DNA of 64,000 nt from Bacillota bacterium (GCA_050260455.1 JBLNCF010000010.1:37653-101652), one strand, 5' to 3'. Counted from the stretch's first letter, positions 48,786-59,080 are shown. Notes: generated by a model from the sequence alone, not told the origin. Translations and numbers: made by a program.

Positions 48786-49337
48786 CTACTGTGCAATCTC
48801 TGTTTCTTTTTTCTTGGCGAGCGCTTCGAGCGCGTCGTTGCCGGAATCAATAAGCTTCTGGAGTTCCTCCTTGTATCGCTTCAGGTCGTCCTGACTCATA
48901 CCACCTTCCTTTTCCGCAGCCTCAAGTTCCTTGAGTCCGTCGGTGCGATGACCACGGAGTGTCACACGTGCCTGCTCAAGCTTGTCTTTGGCGAGCTTCA
49001 CGAGCATAGTGCGCCGCTCGGCGGTGAGTTCCGGAAAGGTCACGCGCGCACCCATCTCATCGGCGCCGACACCCACACCCAAATCGGCATCAGTGATGGC
49101 CTTCTCGATATTCTTGGTAAGACTCTTGTCCCACGGCATGATGCGCAGAGTACGTGCATCCTCCACGGTGATACTTGCGAGCTGCGTAAGCGGCGTCGCA
49201 ACGCCGTATGCTTCTGCTTTCACATTATCGAGGAGTGCAGGAGCGGCGCGGCCGGTACGGATACCCGTGAATTCGCGCTGGAGCCATTCTTCGGTCTCCT
49301 TAATGTGGGTTTTCAGTTTTGAAAAGTCGTATGCCAT
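48786..49337 (-). CDS. frr: Ribosome recycling factor
   Basis: IRTGRA, FPELTAERR. Confidence 0.96.
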   Translation of the reverse strand: MAYDFSKLKTHIKETEEWLQREFTGIRTGRAAPALLDNVKAEAYGVATPLTQLASITVEDARTLRIMPWDKSLTKNIEKAITDADLGVGVGADEMGARVTFPELTAERRTMLVKLAKDKLEQARVTLRGHRTDGLKELEAAEKEGGMSQDDLKRYKEELQKLIDSGNDALEALAKKKETEIAQ

Positions 49338-49366
49338 GGGCCCTAGTGTAGCAAATCAGGACTTTA

Positions 49367-50041
49367 TTATCGAAATGCCGGCATGGTGATGAGGATGTGC
49401 TCAAAGATGAGTTTCAGAGGTGCGGACCGTTCGTGAAGAATGGGAATAAAACGATCGAGATCGCGTGCAAAGAGTGTGAGATCCTCTGATGGTTTTTGGT
49501 TGAGCGATGCATACGTCGCAGCCAGTAGTCCCTCAAGAAGACGGAGTGCTTCCCCACGCGCAGCCTGCTTCTCCTCATCCTTGTCGGACTTCGCACGATC
49601 GAGAAGCTTCCCTACGAGCTTCTCCCGCTCATCAGAAGACGCGGCGATGAACGCCTGTGCTTCAGGAGCGATTGCTGTTTCAGCAGAAGCGAGTTCAACC
49701 ATGCGTGAACGGAGTGTCGGCAGGATGACACCCATCGAAGGAATGACGAGCACAAGCGTAGTACCAGCAGGCGGTTCTTCAAAGAGTTTCAGGAGGGCGT
49801 TCTGTGCTTCATGAAAAAGTCGCTCAACAGCGATGATGATGAGCTTCTTCTCGCCCACTGCCGCCTGCTCCCCCAGGCGAATGACTCGCCGAGCATCATC
49901 GACCGAGAAGAGACCGTAGCGGAACACTATGACATCAGGGTTATTAACAGAGACGAGATTGAGCTCACGCTCGCCATACGACAATGCGGCAGCGATGCCT
50001 TGCTCGCGATCTCCTGCGAAATAATAGGCGTGATGAGCCAT
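49367..50041 (-). CDS. holB: DNA polymerase III delta-prime-like protein (short)
   Basis: HHAYYF, EAQNALLKLFEEPP, LPTLRSR. Confidence 0.8.
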   Translation of the reverse strand: MAHHAYYFAGDREQGIAAALSYGERELNLVSVNNPDVIVFRYGLFSVDDARRVIRLGEQAAVGEKKLIIIAVERLFHEAQNALLKLFEEPPAGTTLVLVIPSMGVILPTLRSRMVELASAETAIAPEAQAFIAASSDEREKLVGKLLDRAKSDKDEEKQAARGEALRLLEGLLAATYASLNQKPSEDLTLFARDLDRFIPILHERSAPLKLIFEHILITMPAFR

Positions 50042-50155
50042 GCATCAGTAGTATACGTTGTCCCCCTCCCTCCTTTGCAAAGCGTACGAACGGGAGTGTA
50101 ATGGAAGGAGTGAGGCCATTCCGGCTCTCCAGTGCCCTAAGGAGGGGTAACCCCA

Positions 50156-50650
50156 ATGCGCCGTGTACTTTTTGCTTGCGCTATCTGGGCTCTCGTGTCT
50201 CCCGCGCTGGCCCAAACGTCCGATTTCGCCCGCCTCTCCCCGCTTGATGCCGCCGTGTTCGCTAAACCCTTGGCTGCGCGACTGTCGGTGAATCCGGATT
50301 ACGCTCCGCTGCGGCCTGCGGGCCACATGCAGTTCATTCCGGTTTCGGAGAGTTACGTGTCGCCCAACATCCTCGAGCGTTTCCGTGAGGTACGTCGATA
50401 TGGCGGTCGGCTCAGCGTCACGTTCCTCGATACTGGGCTACTGCTCGAAGGTGAAGGAGCGCGCGACTACGGGCCAGCTGCGAAGAAACTCGACATCGGC
50501 CGCCTCCGGCTCTCGAAGGAACTCAAGAACGGCTACAGTGCAGGACTTGAGGTGGGTGCCTACCGCGGATATCCAGAAGACATCCACTTCCATCACGAGC
50601 ATGTGGATCGGGACTACACGGTCGGCTTCCATGTGACCCGGTCCTGGTAG
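50156..50650 (+). CDS. Secreted orphan with C-terminal beta-signal-like strand (SD-led)
   Basis: Signal peptide ALA-Q; ends YTVGFHVTRSW; SD TAAGGAGG. Confidence 0.65.
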   Translation: MRRVLFACAIWALVSPALAQTSDFARLSPLDAAVFAKPLAARLSVNPDYAPLRPAGHMQFIPVSESYVSPNILERFREVRRYGGRLSVTFLDTGLLLEGEGARDYGPAAKKLDIGRLRLSKELKNGYSAGLEVGAYRGYPEDIHFHHEHVDRDYTVGFHVTRSW

Positions 50651-50716
50651 CGAAAGCTCTATAGAGGACGAGGAGGTCCGCGTTTCTGCGCGGGCCTTTT
50701 CTCTTTTTACTCCACC

Positions 50717-51730
50717 CTACTTCTTCGAGATGATGCTCTTCTTGTAGGTATCGAGGTGACGAAGCGCCACACCCGTACCACGCGCGACGCAGTAGTAGGC
50801 GTCGTCCGCGAGCTCGGCGCGCACGCCGGTGCGGCGCAGCACCAGCTCCGGCAAGTGGCGGAGCTGCGAGGTGCCGCCCGTGAGGATGATGCCGTTGTCG
50901 ATGATGTCGGAGGCGAGCTCGGGCGGGGTCTCCTGCAGCACTTTGCGGACTGCCCCCATCATCTCGCGAAGTTCGCGATTCATCGCCTGCACGATTTCGT
51001 TGGTTTTCAGCTCTATCGTACGTGGGAGCCCCGTGACCAGGTCGCGTCCTTTCACCGGCATGCCGATCTCTTCGGAGAGCGGCACGGCCGCACCGATCTG
51101 GATTTTGATTTCCTCCGCGGTCTTATCGCCGATAGCGAGGTTGTACTGCTTCTTCACATGATCAACGATGGCGCGATCAAGACGATTGCCAGCGCACTTC
51201 ACTGACGTGGACGCAACGATACCGCCGAGCGAAATCACGGCGACATCGATGGTGCCGCCACCAAGGTCTGCGACCATACGGCCCATCGGTTCCTGAATCG
51301 GAATACCTGCACCAATAGCAGCGAGGATAGGTTCCTTCACCACGTACGCATCCTTTGCTCCTGCCTTCACGGCCGCTTCGATCACCGCACGCTTCTCGGT
51401 AGAGGTCACACCCGCAGGCACCGACACGAGCACAGTCGGCTTAAACATGTTGTACCGGCCGAGCGCCTTTCTCATGAAGTAGCGCAGCATTGCTTCGGTC
51501 ACGCGATAGTCGGCGATGACGCCGTCCTTCATGGGGCGGTAGGCAGTGATGCCGTCCGGGGTGCGCCCGATCATCTGCTTGGCTTCGCTCCCGATGGCAA
51601 GCACCTTGTTATTGTCGGCTGAAACGGCGACCACCGAGGGTTCGTTCAGCACCACACCCTTCTCCGGCAGGAACACAAGTACGTTAGTGGTACCGAGATC
51701 AATGCCGAGTTTGGGGGAGAGCATGGCCAT
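50717..51730 (-). CDS. mreB: Second MreB/Mbl paralogue
   Basis: IDLGTTN, EPILAAIGAG, DLGGGT. Confidence 0.93.
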   Translation of the reverse strand: MAMLSPKLGIDLGTTNVLVFLPEKGVVLNEPSVVAVSADNNKVLAIGSEAKQMIGRTPDGITAYRPMKDGVIADYRVTEAMLRYFMRKALGRYNMFKPTVLVSVPAGVTSTEKRAVIEAAVKAGAKDAYVVKEPILAAIGAGIPIQEPMGRMVADLGGGTIDVAVISLGGIVASTSVKCAGNRLDRAIVDHVKKQYNLAIGDKTAEEIKIQIGAAVPLSEEIGMPVKGRDLVTGLPRTIELKTNEIVQAMNRELREMMGAVRKVLQETPPELASDIIDNGIILTGGTSQLRHLPELVLRRTGVRAELADDAYYCVARGTGVALRHLDTYKKSIISKK

Positions 51731-51814
51731 GTCCCGCGTATCATACCGCGTCCATTTCTCGATGGGCAACTTTTCGCCTTTGGGGATACAGCGCGCATCA
51801 GATACAATGCCCGC

Positions 51815-53122
51815 ATGCCCGGAGAGGAAATGAACTTCAAGGTGGAAGGCGGCCATCCGCTTTCCGGTTCCATCCTCACCAACCGCTCCAAGAACGGCGC
51901 TGTTGCACTACTTGCCGCTTCGCTCCTCAACAGCGGCACCACAACCCTCAAGAAGGTACCCAAGATCGAGGAAGTGAACCGCCTCGTCGAGGTGCTCGAA
52001 TCCATCGGTGTCACTATCGAACGCGATGGACACACCATGCGACTGACACCTCCGGCAGAGATCACACTCGATACCATCGACCGCGCGGCTGCAGTGCGTA
52101 CCCGAAGCATCCTGATGTTCATCGGTCCCCTCCTCCATCGATTCAAATCCTTTGATCTCCCGCAGTCAGGAGGCTGCAACTTCGGTACACGAAGCGTGCG
52201 CCCGCACCTCTGGGCTCTTGAGAAATTCGGTGTGGGCATTGAGGCACTCACCGACAGTTTCCATATAACGCACGATGGTCTCTCGCCTGCTACCGTCGTT
52301 CTCTACGAATCGAGCGACACCGGCACCATCAATTCCCTCTTTGCTGCAGCCGGCATTCCTGGCACCTCCATCATCAAATACGCTTCCGCCAACTACCAGG
52401 TACAGGAAGTTTGCGGCTACCTGAAGGCGCTCGGCGTCGAGATTTCTGGCATCGGCACCACCACCCTTACCGTTACCGGAAAGGCCAACATTGCCATGGA
52501 TGTGGAGTACACGGTCGCCGAGGATCCGACCGATGCGATGTTCTTCCTCGCAAGCGGTATCGTCACTCGTTCGTCGCTCACCATCGAAAAAGCTCCCATC
52601 GAGTTTCTTGAGATAGAACTCGCCGTGCTTGAGAAAATGGGTCTCTCCTTCACCGTGACCGACGCCGGTATCTCGGAGAACGGCATCACGAAACTTGCCG
52701 ATATCCATATCGAGCCGTCAGAGCTGGCTGCGTTCCCCGAAAAGATACATGCGCGTCCGTACCCCGGACTCAACATTGATAACCTACCTTTCTTTGCAGT
52801 CATTGCGACCCAGGCCGCAGGCACCACGCTCATCCACGACTGGACCTTCGAGAAACGCGCCATCTACTACACCGAGCTCGATCGTCTGGGTGCAGAGACC
52901 GTGCTCTTCGACCCACACCGCATTGAGATCCTCGGTCCGCGTCATTTACGCGGCGCTGAACTGGTGTGCCCACCTGCACTTCGTCCTGCAACCATTCTCC
53001 TCATCGGTATGCTGGCCGCAACCGGTTCATCCATCCTGCGCAACGTATACAGCATCAATCGCGGATACGAGGATTTGGTCAATCGTCTCCAGTCCATCGG
53101 CGGCAGAATCGAACACGCCTAG
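51815..53122 (+). CDS. murA: UDP-GlcNAc 1-carboxyvinyltransferase
   Basis: SKNGA, GGCNFGTR, PYPG, RGYE. Confidence 0.93.
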   Translation: MPGEEMNFKVEGGHPLSGSILTNRSKNGAVALLAASLLNSGTTTLKKVPKIEEVNRLVEVLESIGVTIERDGHTMRLTPPAEITLDTIDRAAAVRTRSILMFIGPLLHRFKSFDLPQSGGCNFGTRSVRPHLWALEKFGVGIEALTDSFHITHDGLSPATVVLYESSDTGTINSLFAAAGIPGTSIIKYASANYQVQEVCGYLKALGVEISGIGTTTLTVTGKANIAMDVEYTVAEDPTDAMFFLASGIVTRSSLTIEKAPIEFLEIELAVLEKMGLSFTVTDAGISENGITKLADIHIEPSELAAFPEKIHARPYPGLNIDNLPFFAVIATQAAGTTLIHDWTFEKRAIYYTELDRLGAETVLFDPHRIEILGPRHLRGAELVCPPALRPATILLIGMLAATGSSILRNVYSINRGYEDLVNRLQSIGGRIEHA

Positions 53123-53138
53123 CTGATAGAATGGAGGC

Positions 53139-53429
53139 ATGAAGCCCATCGGCGATTTCCTCCCTAAGGACCTCAATAACCTCGACAAGAAATCAAAGAA
53201 AACCGAGCGCGGTGAGCTCATGCGCTTCTTCCAGCGCCACCTCAACTACGGACGCGCACGTGATGGTCTCCCGCTCATTACTATGAGCCGCATGGGCAAG
53301 ATCCTCGAAGGCATTCCCACAGACGATCTCTACTACCTGAAGAGCGTCTGCAGTCGCTCCAAGAATTTCAGTAAGAAATTCTGGTGGGAAATAGACCCCA
53401 AGAAGCACCAGGACGAGAACCCGTTCTAG
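53139..53429 (+). CDS. Hypothetical protein
   Basis: TERGELM...DLYYLKS.C...FSKKFWW; TAGAAT 6 nt upstream. Confidence 0.65.
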   Translation: MKPIGDFLPKDLNNLDKKSKKTERGELMRFFQRHLNYGRARDGLPLITMSRMGKILEGIPTDDLYYLKSVCSRSKNFSKKFWWEIDPKKHQDENPF

Positions 53430-53606
53430 GGTTTACACTCTCATATACTCGTTGTACAATCAGGTTGGGTCGCTGTATAGCTTGCACCTGGGAGCGCGCG
53501 GGGGGCGGTTCTTGCTCCCCCAGGACCGGATGCTCCGCGCGCCTCTCCCTTCCCCACGTCGGTCAGTACGGCCGGCGTTTTTTCTTTTCTTTGCTATAGT
53601 CCCGGT

Positions 53607-54131
53607 ATGGTACCCATAGTCCAAGAAGGTGACCCGGTCCTGCGAAATGTCGCGGAGGCAGTACCTGCTGCCATGTTCGGTACCCCCGAACTCGCACAGA
53701 TGCTTTCGGACATGACCGAAGCGCTTGATGCACAGCCTGATGGCGTGGCGCTCGCAGCCCCCCAGATCGCGATTCCCTACCGCATCTTCATCGTGCGGTA
53801 TGACCGCATGGATCCGCATCATGATCCGGAAAAACGTCTCCCTGCTGATGTGGGCGTATTCATTAATCCAGAGATTGTGAAGTCCTCCCGCGCTCGCGAA
53901 GAGATGCAGGAAGGCTGCCTGTCGGTACGCGGGATCTATGGCACCACCGTACGCCACTCACGGGCGACCGTGCGTGCGCAAGATGAAATAGGTCGTACCT
54001 TCACGCGTGGCGCGAGCGGCATTTTGGCCCAGGCATTCCAGCACGAGATAGATCATTTGGACGGCATGCTGTTTATCGACCACGCGATTGAGACGCATGA
54101 CCAGTCGCATGACGACCATGCAGCCGAGTAA
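53607..54131 (+). CDS. def: Peptide deformylase
   Basis: GVALAAPQ, EGCLS, QHEIDHLDG. Confidence 0.96.
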   Translation: MVPIVQEGDPVLRNVAEAVPAAMFGTPELAQMLSDMTEALDAQPDGVALAAPQIAIPYRIFIVRYDRMDPHHDPEKRLPADVGVFINPEIVKSSRAREEMQEGCLSVRGIYGTTVRHSRATVRAQDEIGRTFTRGASGILAQAFQHEIDHLDGMLFIDHAIETHDQSHDDHAAE

Positions 54132-55005
54132 CCCACGCTTTGCGTTCTTCGGAACACCCTACGTCGCAAAAGACACACTCGCGGCGCTTGTCGATGCTGG
54201 TTACATCCCCGCAGTTGTTATCACCTCCCCAGACAAGCATCAGGGTCGCGGTCTGACACTTACTCCTTGTCCTACCAAAGCGTGGGCGCTTGAGCACCAT
54301 CTCCCCGTCATCACTCCCGAGAAACTCACGCACGAAGCCATCTCTGATATTAAGGAATATGGATGCGAGTACGCGCTCGTAGTTGCGTACGGCAAGATTC
54401 TTCCCGAGTCACTCATCCATTCGTTCCCCAAGGGGGTACTCAATGTGCACTATTCCCTGCTGCCAAAGTATCGTGGTGCCTCACCGGTAGAAGCAGCACT
54501 TCTTAACGGTGACACGGTAACGGGTGTCTCCATCCAGAAGATGGTCAAAGAACTCGATGCTGGTGATGTACTCACCTCCCGTGAGGTGGCTATAGACCCT
54601 GACGAAACAACGCGTGAGTTACGTCCACGACTTATCGAAGAAGGAGCCCGTCTTCTTATCGATTCTCTCCCGGCATTTATCAGAGGTACCGCATCCTTCA
54701 CGCCCCAAGATGAATCCCAGGCAACAAAGTGCGGCAAGATAGCCAAGGAATCCGGTGAACTCACCTTCCCGGGTGATCCTCTCGGGAACTGGAACAAGTA
54801 CCGTGCATACGCGGAATCCCCGGGGACCTATTTCTATATGATCCGTGACGGCAAACGATTCCGCGTGAAGGTAAAGAGTGCGGAATTCAAGCACGGGCAT
54901 TTCACACCACTGCGCGTCGTGCCCGAAGGAAAGAAAGAGATGGACTACGCGGCACTCACCATGACCGCGCGCCCGCTCTACGAGAACGAACGCGAAGCGC
55001 TTTAA
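54118..55005 (+). CDS. fmt: Methionyl-tRNA formyltransferase
   Basis: FFGTP, VVAYG, NVHYSLLPKYRGASP, LDAG. Confidence 0.95.
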   Translation: MQPSNPRFAFFGTPYVAKDTLAALVDAGYIPAVVITSPDKHQGRGLTLTPCPTKAWALEHHLPVITPEKLTHEAISDIKEYGCEYALVVAYGKILPESLIHSFPKGVLNVHYSLLPKYRGASPVEAALLNGDTVTGVSIQKMVKELDAGDVLTSREVAIDPDETTRELRPRLIEEGARLLIDSLPAFIRGTASFTPQDESQATKCGKIAKESGELTFPGDPLGNWNKYRAYAESPGTYFYMIRDGKRFRVKVKSAEFKHGHFTPLRVVPEGKKEMDYAALTMTARPLYENEREAL

Positions 55006-55361
55006 CCAAACCGCAGCATCTCCTTCACCTTCGCTCCCACGCGTTTGGGGAGCGTGTGTCGTTTCTTGTGGTCGCGGCGCAACTCTTTAGCAAGCTCGGC
55101 AGTCATCCGATCAAGCGCATTACGCAATGTTTCTGCCTCGGCTTTGGCGTAATATCGCCTGCCTTCTACATCAAAATTGCAGTCGGCATACCAGACGTTG
55201 CCGTTCTGGTGCGCTTCTGTGAGCCGACCCATGTCCAGGTACGCCATGGGTTCCTGGTCGGATTGTGCACAATATTTCTCGAGTCCTTCGATCTTGCGAG
55301 TGGCAAGATCGGTCACGTCCGGCGTAAGCTCATAATTGGTTCCCTTGAATTGTATTTGCAT
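55002..55361 (-). CDS. hpf: Ribosome hibernation factor HPF/RaiA
   Basis: IQFKGTNYELT...AEAETLRNALD. Confidence 0.82.
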   Translation of the reverse strand: MQIQFKGTNYELTPDVTDLATRKIEGLEKYCAQSDQEPMAYLDMGRLTEAHQNGNVWYADCNFDVEGRRYYAKAEAETLRNALDRMTAELAKELRRDHKKRHTLPKRVGAKVKEMLRFG

Positions 55362-55375
55362 AGCATCAAGGTTAG

Positions 55376-55600
55376 CTAATCAAGATCTACGCTAAGTAGT
55401 TTAGAACGGGAGTGATGGCCGCTCAGGATACGAACCGATGCGAGCGAGATCGAAAGTTCTCGCGCCACAAGGACGCGGATCCGTTCATTAGCGAGATTGT
55501 GCTGTGCGGGTTCCCGCACAGTGATACGCCACGCGTCGTCCTTCTCTTTCGTGATCTCCTCCCGTTTACCGCCGGGCGTGGCCGTTATCCTGATATACAT
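55376..55600 (-). CDS. DUF167 (YggU-like) protein
   Basis: VREPA..NLAN...ILSGHHSRSK. Confidence 0.85.
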   Translation of the reverse strand: MYIRITATPGGKREEITKEKDDAWRITVREPAQHNLANERIRVLVARELSISLASVRILSGHHSRSKLLSVDLD

Positions 55601-55842
55601 TACGGATGGCCGCCGAACTTCTGGTGAAGATACCGCATGATGTCTTCCGACTCATACATGGAAACATCACTTTCGTCGTCCACCATGAACGGCATCTGGC
55701 GTTTGCCGCCGATACGAATGAGCTCTTCTTCTACCGCTGGGTCATGGATGTCCTTTAAGGTAAGCGGTGCACCGACTTCTTGGGCTACCTCAACGGTCTT
55801 TTTACAAAACGGACAGTTCGGGTTGATGTAGAGCGTGATCAT
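55600..55842 (-). CDS. Glutaredoxin / GST N-terminal domain protein
   Basis: CPFC, QMPFMVD, MYESEDI. Confidence 0.88.
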   Translation of the reverse strand: MITLYINPNCPFCKKTVEVAQEVGAPLTLKDIHDPAVEEELIRIGGKRQMPFMVDDESDVSMYESEDIMRYLHQKFGGHP

Positions 55843-55930
55843 TGATTTCGAGTATAGCAGCCGTTCTCCACGTTGCTGATTGGCGATTTTCCGCTAGAAT
55901 AGCCCTGCGGCGCTTCGGCGCCGCACCTAT

Positions 55931-56002
55931 TCCGCGGTAGCTCAGTGGTAGAGCGGTCGGCTGTTAACCGATTGGTCGTAGGTTCGAATCCTACCCGCGG
56001 AG
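55931..56002 (+). tRNA. tRNA-Asn(GTT)
   Basis: TCCGCGG/CCGCGGA acceptor; loop CTGTTAA; GGTTCGAATCC; no CCA. Confidence 0.95.
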
Positions 56003-56058
56003 CAAATATTGACACTGAGGAGATTCATCCCATTCTCACTCGAATCGTGCCATGCTAG

Positions 56059-56331
56059 GTGTTAATGACTTCGCCACATATCACCTTTGAAACGTCCCCT
56101 CCGTTGGGTGGTATCTGGAAACGGCGATTCAGTTGGATGCCTCTAAGAATGGGTATTGGCAGTAATAATAAAAATCTATGGGAATGGTTCCGGCATTATG
56201 AATACATGCCGCTTTCGGAAGACCGGATGGCACGAGGCAGGCGACACTTCCAGCGACGTTCCCTAACGTCTACAGAGACGAACCCCTTCTACACCGACCA
56301 CCAGTATTACTCTCCGGGCGGCACTAGGTGA
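56059..56331 (+). CDS. Hypothetical protein
   Basis: ORF only. Confidence 0.3.
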   Translation: MLMTSPHITFETSPPLGGIWKRRFSWMPLRMGIGSNNKNLWEWFRHYEYMPLSEDRMARGRRHFQRRSLTSTETNPFYTDHQYYSPGGTR

Positions 56332-56728
56332 TACTCATTCTGATATAACCTGAGTGCTGTACAAATGTTAGGTACTCGCCCGCGACGGTCTCCCTCACTT
56401 TCTCCACTACCTTTGAAACAGCAGCATCCATCTCATTGAGCATCTGCGGAGAGGAATCGTCTGCATCTAATCTTGAGAATGTATTTTTATAGGTCCGCTC
56501 CGTTGCCTGCTGAAGTGGAAGAAAACCTGTTTTGTGACCATTAAATGGACTGAACAGGGATTGCACAAGCTTGAACTCCACTGAGTCAATACGTCCAATG
56601 CACATAGCTACACCTCCTTCGAATCGTTGAAGGTAACCTATCATTTCTCTTCTTTCCTCTCCCCTTTTTTGAATAAGACGCGGATGCAGAATGGTGGCAG
56701 TCATGCACCACTGTATCACTCTCTTCAT
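56324..56728 (-). CDS. Hypothetical protein
   Basis: ORF; probable start at internal MIGYL behind a purine-rich GGAGAGGAAAG. Confidence 0.4.
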   Translation of the reverse strand: MKRVIQWCMTATILHPRLIQKRGEERREMIGYLQRFEGGVAMCIGRIDSVEFKLVQSLFSPFNGHKTGFLPLQQATERTYKNTFSRLDADDSSPQMLNEMDAAVSKVVEKVRETVAGEYLTFVQHSGYIRMSIT

Positions 56729-56987
56729 GAGGAAAGACTATGCAGCTCACATGATTTTATTCCCGTGAGATTACCTCACAATTTGGTGCTTCTTTTAGTA
56801 GATATGGGTTCGAACATCCTCCACCCAACGGAGCAGAGTGAGCGAAATGAAAACGTCCACGGGAGTGGACGTATATACGGGGGTTTTACGTGAGATAGCT
56901 TGACATATGTATCGTATAGTGTCATTATATATTCACGTTCTTTCCGTTAACCCCTTGGGATTCCTTCCCGATACTTCGAGGTCACAG

Positions 56988-57404
56988 ATGAATCTGCTCG
57001 GTATGAAATGCGATGATCGAATCATTACCCGCGTGTTCGACCTTTGCACTGGCACCTACCCACCACACACCGTACTGGCGTCAGTCCAATACGCCGATAA
57101 GCGGTTCGGAGTAGTGGTCGTCAATGTGGCTACCCGAACCGCGACTCCGCTTACGGCCACTGGTCGGCATGCGATGCTCCTCAATGAGGCAGCGCAACCG
57201 CCGATCTTTGAAGTGAACACCGACGGCGGACACTACGACATCCACATCTACACGCTTCGCGAACGAGGAATCGTCGTCCGAGAGGAATACCTCGACCTGA
57301 GCCACGATCACGAAACCGAGTGGAGGGTCATCGGCGAAACCTCCTCAGGTGCTACTGCCCTGAAGGAATTCGACAAACATGAGGTCACCTTAGAAGCTGA
57401 CTGA
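56988..57404 (+). CDS. Orphan protein (SD-led cassette)
   Basis: GAGGTC RBS; TTGACA at 56900; terminator near 57433-57460. Confidence 0.6.
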   Translation: MNLLGMKCDDRIITRVFDLCTGTYPPHTVLASVQYADKRFGVVVVNVATRTATPLTATGRHAMLLNEAAQPPIFEVNTDGGHYDIHIYTLRERGIVVREEYLDLSHDHETEWRVIGETSSGATALKEFDKHEVTLEAD

Positions 57405-57563
57405 TGACCCCACCAGTCGTCCCCTCGTCCTGCAGCCACCCGCAAAGTGGCTGTTTCTTTTATATAGGTGCAGATCCATGACTTGACATATATCTACTTT
57501 GTGTGGCAAAATGTCTATCGGCTGCAGAACGATTCTGCCGCACCTTCAATCATGGGGATATGA

Positions 57564-58268
57564 ATGGACTCGGCTTATCTGATCCACGGCTGCCACCTAC
57601 AGGCAGACAACTGGGAGCATATTGTGTGGGGTTCTCCTGAAAAGGATGAGTGGGGACGCGCTTCCCATGCCCTGCGGCTCGCTGCTCGTAATCGAAAGGC
57701 GCTCCTGATCTGGGGCACGGGCGCGTCATCGCAAGACGGCGCTCTCGAGTGCGACTACACCTTTCGCTACGCAGTCGCTCACGCAACCCAGCTTCCCGAC
57801 TATGAAGGCTTCGATGCCTACGAAGTCGAGGCGCTGCTCAAGCATCGTTCGCACTTCGATCGTGAAGCACAGAACACGCAAGAAGAAATCACGAACGCAC
57901 TACGTGTCTGCCGCGAACGCGGTATCGGCACGCTCTACCTCGTTTCCTCTCCAACCCACATCTCTCGGTGTCTTCTGGATGCCGAGAAAGTGCGTCGGAT
58001 GAGCAACGACCCTCACGGAGTCATGATCTACGCTACGGCGTCGGACACCTGCTTTGAGGATTCCGTCCCAGACGACGTGATCATCGTAGAACCTCCGCAC
58101 CGCGGGGATATGCCGCTCTGGCAGACCTTCCGCTACGTGCGCGCCATGTTCTCGATAATGCGCCAGGGAGAAACGGTATTTCAAGGATTCCTCCAGAAGT
58201 TCGGAGAACTACTTGAAAGCTACGGGGTGCCCGTCGACTGGAGCCCTGTTCGCCAGCGACTCCATTAA
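57564..58268 (+). CDS. YdcF/DUF218-like protein
   Basis: WGTGA...E; AQNTQEE; LVSSPTHISR. Confidence 0.65.
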   Translation: MDSAYLIHGCHLQADNWEHIVWGSPEKDEWGRASHALRLAARNRKALLIWGTGASSQDGALECDYTFRYAVAHATQLPDYEGFDAYEVEALLKHRSHFDREAQNTQEEITNALRVCRERGIGTLYLVSSPTHISRCLLDAEKVRRMSNDPHGVMIYATASDTCFEDSVPDDVIIVEPPHRGDMPLWQTFRYVRAMFSIMRQGETVFQGFLQKFGELLESYGVPVDWSPVRQRLH

Positions 58269-58478
58269 CCCGTCCGACACTCCCCATGAGACCGCAGACG
58301 CGAGGTCCTATCCCTCCGTCTGCGGTTTTCTCATTTCAGGCGCATCTCATGACAAACTCATGAGAATGTGGTACATTTATCAAATCAAACGCAGCGCTGC
58401 ACGCAGAGAGATTGAGTCGAATTTCTTATACAGCTCCTGTACTTGATGGTTATCAAGTGTTTCAGACTCAAAAGAGCT

Positions 58479-58679
58479 ATGCAGCAAGGAACTATCGCCC
58501 GCCTCACGGATAAGGGCTTCGGGTTCATCAAGGCCGATGGTATGGAGAAGGACCTCTTCTTCCATTCCAAAGAGGTCGTTGGTGCGTACTTCGACGACCT
58601 TCGCGAAGGCGATAAGGTGCAGTTCGAGGTCGGCGAAGGTCCGAAGGGACCGAACGCCACCCAGGTATCGAAGATGTAA
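58479..58679 (+). CDS. Cold-shock protein
   Basis: KGFGFI, DLFFH, GPKGPNA. Confidence 0.95.
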   Translation: MQQGTIARLTDKGFGFIKADGMEKDLFFHSKEVVGAYFDDLREGDKVQFEVGEGPKGPNATQVSKM

Positions 58680-58736
58680 CGGGACGAGAAGCGCCTTGCG
58701 GCGCTTCCGTCATTTATCAGTCTTAGGCTCACGCAT

Positions 58737-58940
58737 ATGGAAACAGGAAAAATCGTTCAGCTACTCGATCGCGAATTCGGTTTCATTAAACGCATCGGTA
58801 TTAAAGACCACCTCTTCTTTCATGCAGATGACCTCACCGGTCTTAAATTCCGGGATCTGCACGAAGGCGACCGAGTCCAGTTCTCCATCACCGAGAGCCT
58901 CAAGGGTCCCTACGCGACCCATATCACTAAGGCAGCATAA
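58737..58940 (+). CDS. Cold-shock protein (second)
   Basis: FGFIK, LFFHA, KGPYA. Confidence 0.9.
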   Translation: METGKIVQLLDREFGFIKRIGIKDHLFFHADDLTGLKFRDLHEGDRVQFSITESLKGPYATHITKAA

Positions 58941-58942
58941 CC

Positions 58943-59065
58943 ATGGTTAAGAATAGCCACGGCGTGAGCTCGAACAACAATCCTCACAAGACCCGCAAGA
59001 CCAAGAAGCGTCTTGCTGCAAAGAAGGAGATGCTCGCACGCAAAACTACCAAGAAGCGATCGTAA
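58943..59065 (+). CDS. 40-aa Lys/Arg-rich peptide
   Basis: Manual translation MVKNSHGVSSNNNPHKTRKTKKRLAAKKEMLARKTTKKRS. Confidence 0.55.
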   Translation: MVKNSHGVSSNNNPHKTRKTKKRLAAKKEMLARKTTKKRS

Positions 59066-59080
59066 CGCTTCGGTCGGAAT

